A stretch of DNA of 64,000 nt from Amoebidium appalachense (Eukaryota; Protista; Ichthyosporea): NCBI GenBank assembly GCA_963693365.1, contig CAVNZM010000015.1, positions 186,001 through 250,000 of the forward strand, read 5' to 3'. The position numbers were made by a program, and so were the translations under genes. Shown piece by piece: positions 1-64,000 of this stretch. How positions within the stretch are numbered: the stretch's first letter is position 1; each line of letters starts with the position of its first letter. The notes under the pieces were generated by a model. It was not told the origin of the DNA. It saw only the letters and a list, made by a program, of their open reading frames with translations, and searched no databases.

Positions 1-91
1 CACACATGCGTATGCAAAAACACTGACATGCTTGCACACACCCACACACAGATGCACATACACGTGACACACCCGCATGCGCACACAAACA

Positions 92-161
<70 letters not shown>

Positions 162-171
162 CACACACACG

Positions 172-9717
<9,546 letters not shown>

Positions 9718-10344
9718 TTTGCCCTTTCTCGGGGTAAAACATTATTTATGAAAGTCTCGTTCAGCCGCCACTTTAGGGTGGGTAGCCGCCCCAAAAGAGA
9801 TACGTTCTTTTCTCTTTCTTTCTTTGTTTTTTTTTTTTTTAGCGTGTGTGCGTGTGTAGTTGTACTAGTGAAGATGTGGCCGGTTTCCTTTCTTTTCCAT
9901 TTCTTGCCTGTTTTTGCGAATGTAGGACCCATATATCCCACATGTGAATGCTATCTTGAAACAATCTTTAACCATATCCCTGAATATTCCTGCATATTCC
10001 TGAAGCCAGCCTACTAGAGCATGTAAACATAACATGTATATTTGGACACGTGTCAACACTCCGACCGGCTAGTTATAGTCCCTCATATCAGCCGCATGTT
10101 ACCTGGGCTCAGATTTATTAAGCTGTAACCCCCCCGGGGCCCTTACTAGTAGAAGAATTCGTGACATGCATTTCAGTGATGCCAATACTATGCACTGTAG
10201 CTGTCAGGTAAAATACAATCATTGACCAGTACTCCCCGGGAGCTCGTTACGGTGATTTTCCCGATGGCACAAATGATGCACTACAAGGTTGAAGGTTACC
10301 TTTTACCCCCTCCCCCTCTCGCCGGCCCCCCCCCCCCCCCCCCC

Positions 10345-10385
<41 letters not shown>

Positions 10386-10543
10386 ACTACTTTGATAACC
10401 CCCTTCCCCTATAAAGCTATTGACCACTATCCTCCCCCCCCCCACCCCCCCCCCCCCCCCCCCCCTCTCTCCTCCCCCCGGGTCTGTTGATCCCCCCTGC
10501 TCTCTCTCTCTAGCTCTCTCTCTCTCTCTCTGTCTCCGAGGCG

Positions 10544-10584
<41 letters not shown>

Positions 10585-10655
10585 CCCTTTTTTTTTTTTT
10601 TTTTCTTTTGTGTGTGTGTGTGTGTGTATGTGTGTGTGTTTGAGTGTGTGTGTGT

Positions 10656-10704
<49 letters not shown>

Positions 10705-11499
10705 GGGGGGGTGGGGGGGACAGTGTAGTATACCGGTCGCCGTGACAGGTCGAGGCCAAGGTGTGTGTAGGTGTGCGCGTCGCCACGCCGGCCACATATG
10801 AGAGAAAACTACCTTCTCACACGTAGCAGAGTCTGCACTAACACAAGTAGAGTGTATAGTCGTGGCACACACACACACGGAGCCGAGGTGATCAGTCTCT
10901 ATATGGGTGCAATATACTACCTACTAACTGTGTACCTAATCGGGCTGCATGCACTATCACCTAAGTATCACACAAGTGTCCACACAGTGCTCGGAGAGTC
11001 TGTTGCAACAGTCAATTATCGTTATAACTCGCAATTTTATTATGTTACATGTGCGGGTTTATATACTCCGCCGTGATCCAGTCACCAGCCATCCAGGATG
11101 GCATCCGGGTTGACTACGTAATCCCTAGATCTGGATGGTGCGTTCCTAACCAATCATATGGCAGTTAGATATCACAATTCATCCTAGGAATCACACGAAA
11201 ACACGCGTACACCGCTGTTGGATGGTTACATAGTAAATATATCACAAACACGAATAATATGGTGATATTGGGGTTGTATATTCCAACAACATACATACGC
11301 GTGTCACCCGTCCGGGTGTCACGCTTGAAGTTCACATACGCATGCACACGCACACACGCACGCACACACGCACACGCACACACGCACCCACACAGTACAC
11401 ACACACATACTGGCATGCATCATGATCACATGCACACACAACGTGGCACGCGCTTACTATCCCACATGGCATCTGTTGTCCGTACACATGGAGTCATGG

Positions 11500-12907
11500 A
11501 CTGACGATTCTATTTGTGCCAGGTCGTCACAGCCCGGCGGGCTAAAACGTGAATAGATTCGCGTATAAGGTCGCATGGGATAAAGCATACTCGCCAGGGT
11601 GTGCGATTTTATTTTTGGTGAAGGCAGTTTGGAAGCCTCAGCTCCACTGCCTGAATAGTCCTAATAGGGACACCAACAGCTCTGGACACTTTTTTCGTAT
11701 TATTTTAATCCTACTAGGTTCTAGTGGAGATATTAGTGAACCTATTGTTAGGGACCTTTTCGGGCCTTCATCAGGGTCGTAACACGTAATCTGAAGTGTT
11801 AAAATTACGCAGCCTGATACCCGCTGCAGTATTCTGAGTGGGCTAACAAAACAGTTATTATGAATCTGTAACTATGCTTGTGTGCTATTGAGGTTGCAAT
11901 ATACATTTATAATAGGTGGAGCAAAATGAGAATCCAGATTTCAGATAATAATCTGCATGCAATAACAACAACAAACGTTACGAATCGAACAGTCGATCAT
12001 CTTGATTGAGGCTGAATGCCTCAGCAATAAAGCCCAATCTTCAACCCGGATTTAGTCCTCTCCCCATACTCTCATTGCATACTTCAGACAAATTTCGCCT
12101 TTTCCTTGGTATTGCACGTAATGCAGATTCTGTATACGTACAACGTTCAGATTCAAAGCCTCCCGTACAAGTACGTACTGACTTGAAGTGTCATCGCTTC
12201 CCGTATAGCAGCTACATATTTATTATATTGAATCACATTTCAAATACGCACAACAAAAACAAGTATGTTATCTAACAGGTAAGGTACCGGTAAAAACGCA
12301 TCTGATGTCAGTCTGATATTATATATATCTCATTCCTCGTATGCATGTCCATTTTAGTAGCTGAACTGTAGATATATTAGAGCAGTGTGTCGATTTTTTT
12401 TCCCCTCCCTGCGAGTGTCTGCTACATACATAAGCAGGTATAATGAATGCGTATGGCTTTTTGTTAAAATCTATTACCTTCGTCGGTTGAACAAATCGAG
12501 GACTGTCAGACAACTTACTCAAAAAAGAAAGAAAAGCGGCGTAAATTCGTGTCTTATCAATTTTGATCTAGGAGGTTAAGTGGCTCATACAGACGAAAGT
12601 CACAATACAACTTAAACAGTTTGTGTGGTTTGCCGTGGTTTAGTCGTTCCGTTGTTTAATTTTATAGGTATATATAGTGTATTTCTTATTTCATAGTTTG
12701 AAAGCACAAAGATACACGCACATTACAACACCAAGCTTAGCCAAAGCGAACAGTATGCGCGCGTGATATGTGACACAGGCAACCATGTACGGGTAGTACT
12801 TCAACATCAGCTCATCTCAAGTATACGCCTGTATACGCATCACCTATCCACTCCGCACTATTGATAATAAACTGTGTATATGCACACAACTATCACCCAC
12901 CTTCACC
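11500..12907 (+). promoter_or_regulatory. AT-rich, microsatellite-free upstream/promoter region of paralog B
   Basis: Composition switch relative to introns, directly upstream of ATG 12908; no specific element identified. Confidence 0.4.
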
Positions 12908-38441
<25,534 letters not shown>

Positions 38442-40321
38442 AAGGCGAGGCGACCAATGAACTGAAATGGATAGAAATGTTTGTGTTAAAGAAAAGATAT
38501 AAATTGCGCTGCTGCATTGCATATGATACAAGTAACTATTGTAGTATATAGGTTCGGAATAACGTTTCTTTACATAGCACAGTTGCCTACAGGACATCCT
38601 AAGGCTTGTAGTATTGTATTGTGAATTATACAGTAATTCATCCAATCTATATATACATATCGTAACTCAGTTTAAGTTCTCTGTAGAATTTAATAGCATT
38701 ATACTTTCTTGCAAAGCCCATTCGGGCATATTTCAATGAAGCACCTAGATGGTGGTATGTGCTGTTGATAGCTGATTCTCGAAGAGCAGACACTTTGAAA
38801 TATGTTCGAAAGGTTGTTGTTAACCTAAATAATTGTATGACTCAAATGTTTTCGGAGTATTGGATATTTCTGACGGTTTTGTATATTAGTAGTCGAATAA
38901 CAAATAAGGAATTCGAAGGGTGATGTTTACTTAGGCACAGCTCACAGTGTGTTTGTGATCTAGGCCAGAGGATACCTAGCGGCTAATGCATGAGAATCGA
39001 TAGAAATAGAGGAAAGTTAGCCTTTCTTTTTTGTTTTTTTCCTTTTCTCTTTCCTTTTTTAGCACACAAACATTGGTCGTGGCTCGCCCTACCCATTAAA
39101 ACCTAAAGGGGCAATACGGAGATGCTCCGAATACAATTAATATATACACAAGTACATTCTCCATATGTATAGCTTAGGGTCACCGACTGTTACCTTTAAA
39201 AAAGTTTCTAAACTAACATATTTTATTTGCTTCGTGCTCAATATAAGACGAGCTGCGGTTTCTTCGGGTTGTCACCACGGCCCCTCTACGTATAATACAA
39301 ATCATTTCCGGTTTGGCCCTATTACACGACTGTGGGTTAGCCCCAAACTAGCAATAAAACCATCTGCCCTCTACGTTGCCTACGTACACGGCCTGTTTCA
39401 AAGGCTTTCAAAGGCGTCCATATATGATCACCTGTTGTAAAGCCCCCCCCCCCCCCCCCCCCCTCCTCCCCTTATGACGCATACGTATACTGTGCGCATT
39501 GCTGATGTTGCATACTTGAATGTTTGCCTTTGCATGTGTCCTGCACCATGCTTCTCATCGTGTATGCGTACTTCGTACCGTGCACATGTTCCGCAGCCCC
39601 CCCCCCCCCCATCCCCCCCCCGGCCCCCCTTCCTCCTCGAGCTCCAACCGAACTCCATTATCTCCTCCTTTCCCCAATGTCTATTTATTAGAATGTATAA
39701 TGTGTGGCCATCTGGTGACAATAATCAAACCACTGGCCGTGAGGCGGGGTTTACTGAGAAAAATCTCCACCCCGTTGATAGACTCAATATGTTGCAGGAA
39801 TTCAAGCGAATATTTTATGTAAGTTAAATGACGGTCCACATACTGGTTTTTGGACTCAATAACTGCATTTGGGTTTTGCACCGGAATTTATTATTTATTA
39901 TTTATTAGTTGTTATGACAGCCTTCGTACCACTCACCAGATATCTATTAACAAAATCTTGGTATTTGATAAGAGCAGGAACATGGTAAGCGAAAGCCCTT
40001 CTAGCATCTTTCGTGCAATAAATGACAGTGGTTCACCAACGAATGCGAGAAACACATCAACCCTTTTTTTTAAGCACGCTAGTCTCACGACATGACAGCA
40101 TACATGCACGTTCAGACGAAAAGCAACATACCATCGGGCGCCACCATCTACTCAGCATACAACATTCTATCCGAATTCATTTCTAACATTTCAGCACTAA
40201 CCTCCAGAGCCCCCCCCCCCCCCCAACCCAACCCACCCCTCCCTCTCCCCCCCCCCCCTCCCCACCACCACCACCACAACAAACACAATCACCTAATACA
40301 ACATTTTGACACACGGACACA

Positions 40322-40376
<55 letters not shown>

Positions 40377-40377
40377 A

Positions 40378-59839
<19,462 letters not shown>

Positions 59840-60484
59840 TTTTCTCGCTACTTCATCCCTCGTTCGTTTCTGAACACACCACAGAGGGAGCAAGTGTAGT
59901 CCTACCAAAGACGCAGAGAGATTTAGGTAGTTATGCGTTCCTGTATATTGTGACACATATATGCTACAAACTGCGTAGTATACAAAAAAAAGCTCTTTCG
60001 CTTACGATCGTATACGGCGATAGAGACCCCTACGTATACTTCGAATTCGCTTCAAGTGGCAAACGCACGACTGTGTGTCACGAAAACAAAAACTGCCATT
60101 TTTCAGGACGTCACGCGTGCACTGCGGCGGCGCGCGCCGGTTACTTCGATTATGTAATAGCGCATTTCTGCATGTTTGCGCTATCACCTGAGTAATTTGG
60201 TTGGTTTCTTTGGCGAAGTGGGTAGAGCGGGTGCAAAACATCGCGTGGTCGGCGTGGGTTCGGGGTTCGATCCTTGGTGTGGGATTTTATTGCTGTTGTT
60301 GGAAAGAATTGGAGTGCTTCTTGCTTTGCTTTTTTTCTCCACCTTTTTTCATTTCTTTTTTTCTCTTGTGCTACACTCAAGGTTGAAGACTTTATTACCA
60401 TGCTCTCCTTTTGCTCCTCCTGTTTCCATCACTCTCCCTCCTTTTTTATGTTTTTATTGTTGTTTTTTTTGAGCGCCAGTTCCC
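59840..60484. promoter_or_regulatory. Possible short bidirectional promoter
   Basis: CpG-rich non-repetitive island (GACGTCACGCGTGCACTGCGGCGGCGCGCGCCGG at ~60107-60140) between the divergent starts at 59839(-) and 60485(+). Confidence 0.35.
60204..60285 (+). other. tRNA-derived Pol III promoter-like relic (pseudo-tRNA or SINE head)
   Basis: A-box-like TGGCGAAGTGGGTAGAGCG at 60211 and B-box GGTTCGATCC at ~60264; acceptor and anticodon stems do not pair. Confidence 0.4.
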
Positions 60485-60714
60485 ATGTATTTCAAAAATT
60501 GGGACCGGCTGCTGACAAACCAAGGCCTCCGAACGTTCTATCTGTACTAAATTATTTAAGAGAACCTCACGCTTGTGTCGTATAAACATGCATGTGCGCG
60601 CACGTGTGCACGACGCACGTTGACGCCCAGTTTTTCTAGGTCCTGCTGGCGATTCAGTACTGCGCAGGTATCAACCAAATACACCTTGTTTGTCAATGAC
60701 TCGATGTGGAGACC

Positions 60715-60753
<39 letters not shown>

Positions 60754-61547
60754 ACCCAAACAACAACAACAACAACAAAAGCCAATTGAATAAAAGAAGA
60801 AGAAGAAGAAGAAGAAGAAGAAGAATAGGAAAAAAAAAAAAACCAAAAAGCCACAGCCTTCAGATCTCTGAATTCCAACCACTCCTGCTCGTAATTACAA
60901 AGTAACACTATCCTCATTCAACAAAAATTGGTGCCATGCACTGTGCATCCAAAGTAATTCTTTAGTTGTTAAATGAAGAGAGTATGAAAATTAGTCACGT
61001 GGACTGTGCCGATACATCTAGCTACCTGGAGGTGCACAGCCACATGCTTTGTAACATGCTTAAATATGTATACGTACGTGCACACAACAACACAACACAC
61101 AACACACCCACCCACCCACCCACACCCACACCCACACCCACACCCACACCCCCACACACCCACACACCCACACACCCACACAAAAGCCACAGTAAATCAT
61201 CATGTGATGTGTGCACAGGCACACAGTGCCGCACCACATCTTCTCACAAGAAGTGTTCGTTGCCACGGTCTTTTTATTGAAAGACTACTTTTCTATAAGA
61301 TCCCGTTCTGCTTGCAGTATACGGTAACCAAGAAAGCTTTACAGCAGAGATTTGATACAAAATTCTCATTCGCAAAAGGGGAAGGGAGAAGGGGGGGGGG
61401 GGGGGGGTAGAGTAGTAGTATTATTAGGAGAGAATAATTAGTTTTCCAATGGTCGATTCAAATGTGACCCAATGATATCCAGAGGCAAGCACGTGTACAT
61501 TATATCTACAGGCAGAACTTCAGAACTGCCACAAGGGTACCCTCTAA
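60485..61547 (+). CDS. Possible small orphan protein (~106 aa)
   Basis: Six phase-consistent GT-AG segments 60485-60543, 60640-60667, 60864-60890, 60966-61031, 61219-61323, 61512-61547: MYFKNWDRLLTNQGLRTFYLSCWRFSTAQISEFQPLLLLLNEESMKISHVDCADTSSYLEAHSAAPHLLTRSVRCHGLFIERLLFYKIPFCLQYTAELQNCHKGTL. No recognised motif; other frames are possible. Confidence 0.3.
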
Positions 61548-61915
61548 CTTTGAAAATAACTCAACTAAAAGACTACGAACAAACACGTTCCGGAAAACTT
61601 TCAACCCTTCCCTGGCGCTATATTGCTTTCTTCGCCCTATGTGTGGGTGTACATACGTGCATAACTTGTCTCAGACTAGGACAGTCTCTAGAACCCACCC
61701 AACCCACACTAGCCCATTGAGTAGGTGTGTGCATTGCATACAATTACATCGCTAATGCAGGAACCACCCTCACGCTTTAACTCACTTTACTCACCAGAAA
61801 AAACTAGACGAGCCAATGTTTCAAGTGACTGCGGGAGGTCAGAGGGGTAGGGAGGAGGGGGGAGAGGGGGAGGGGGGAGGGCCTGGGGTTGTATGGGAGG
61901 GTGGTAATGGAGGAA

Positions 61916-61946
<31 letters not shown>

Positions 61947-62154
61947 CCTGTGTGTGTCTGTGGGGGGGAAGGGGGAGGGGAGGGGGGGGGGGAGGGGAGG
62001 GGGGGGGGATAAGGTCTGGGGTGTGTGTGCCCGTGTGTCCGTATATGTACGTGTGTGTCTGTGTATGGCTATGCGCAAGTGTGTGCGTGCATGTAAATGT
62101 AGATGTGTGTGTCTCCATCAGTGGGGGAGGGCCCTTTGGTGTATGTGATTTGAA

Positions 62155-64000
<1,846 letters not shown>

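Noticed and set aside
11735-11785. Hammerhead-like motif on the minus strand (CTGATGA-AGGCCCGAAAAGGTCC-CTAAC); a similar one at 2322-2360(+)
   Set aside because: The essential GAAA after stem II is replaced (CTAA / CCAA) and stem III cannot form; at most a dead relic.
60204-60285. Functional tRNA gene
   Set aside because: A and B boxes are present but the acceptor and anticodon stems do not pair.
60610-60715. PIN-like motif VYLVDTCAVL on the minus strand
   Set aside because: No acceptor before it and no further PIN motifs; splice signals fit the plus strand better.

Overview
Eukaryotic genomic DNA, extremely intron-dense, with introns filled by (CA)n/(GT)n microsatellites and poly-C/poly-G runs. 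Gene content suggests a holozoan or other opisthokont (inference only). Almost all ORFs in the supplied track are repeat artefacts; I rebuilt the genes by hand by chaining GT-AG exons with consistent phase. (1) 3' half of a Munc13/UNC-13-like gene (+, <246-9717). (2) A complete tandem paralog (+, 12908-38441, 34 exons, ~1262 aa) with two C1 domains inserted inside the C2 domain, then MUN (MHD1/MHD2) and no C-terminal C2. (3) A minus-strand gene (59839-40378) with a low-complexity/coiled-coil N-terminus, ZNF106-like WD40 repeats, six C2H2 fingers and a C-terminal HPD J-domain. (4) A possible small orphan gene (+, 60485-61547). (5) 3' end of a C-terminally membrane-anchored protein (-, >64000-62155). 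Also seen: exon-sized near-identical patches between otherwise diverged paralogs, tandem arrays of duplicated splice sites, two MITEs, a SINE-like insertion with a 14-bp TSD, a dispersed poly-G-linked repeat and several minisatellites. Family assignments come from motif recognition, not database searches.
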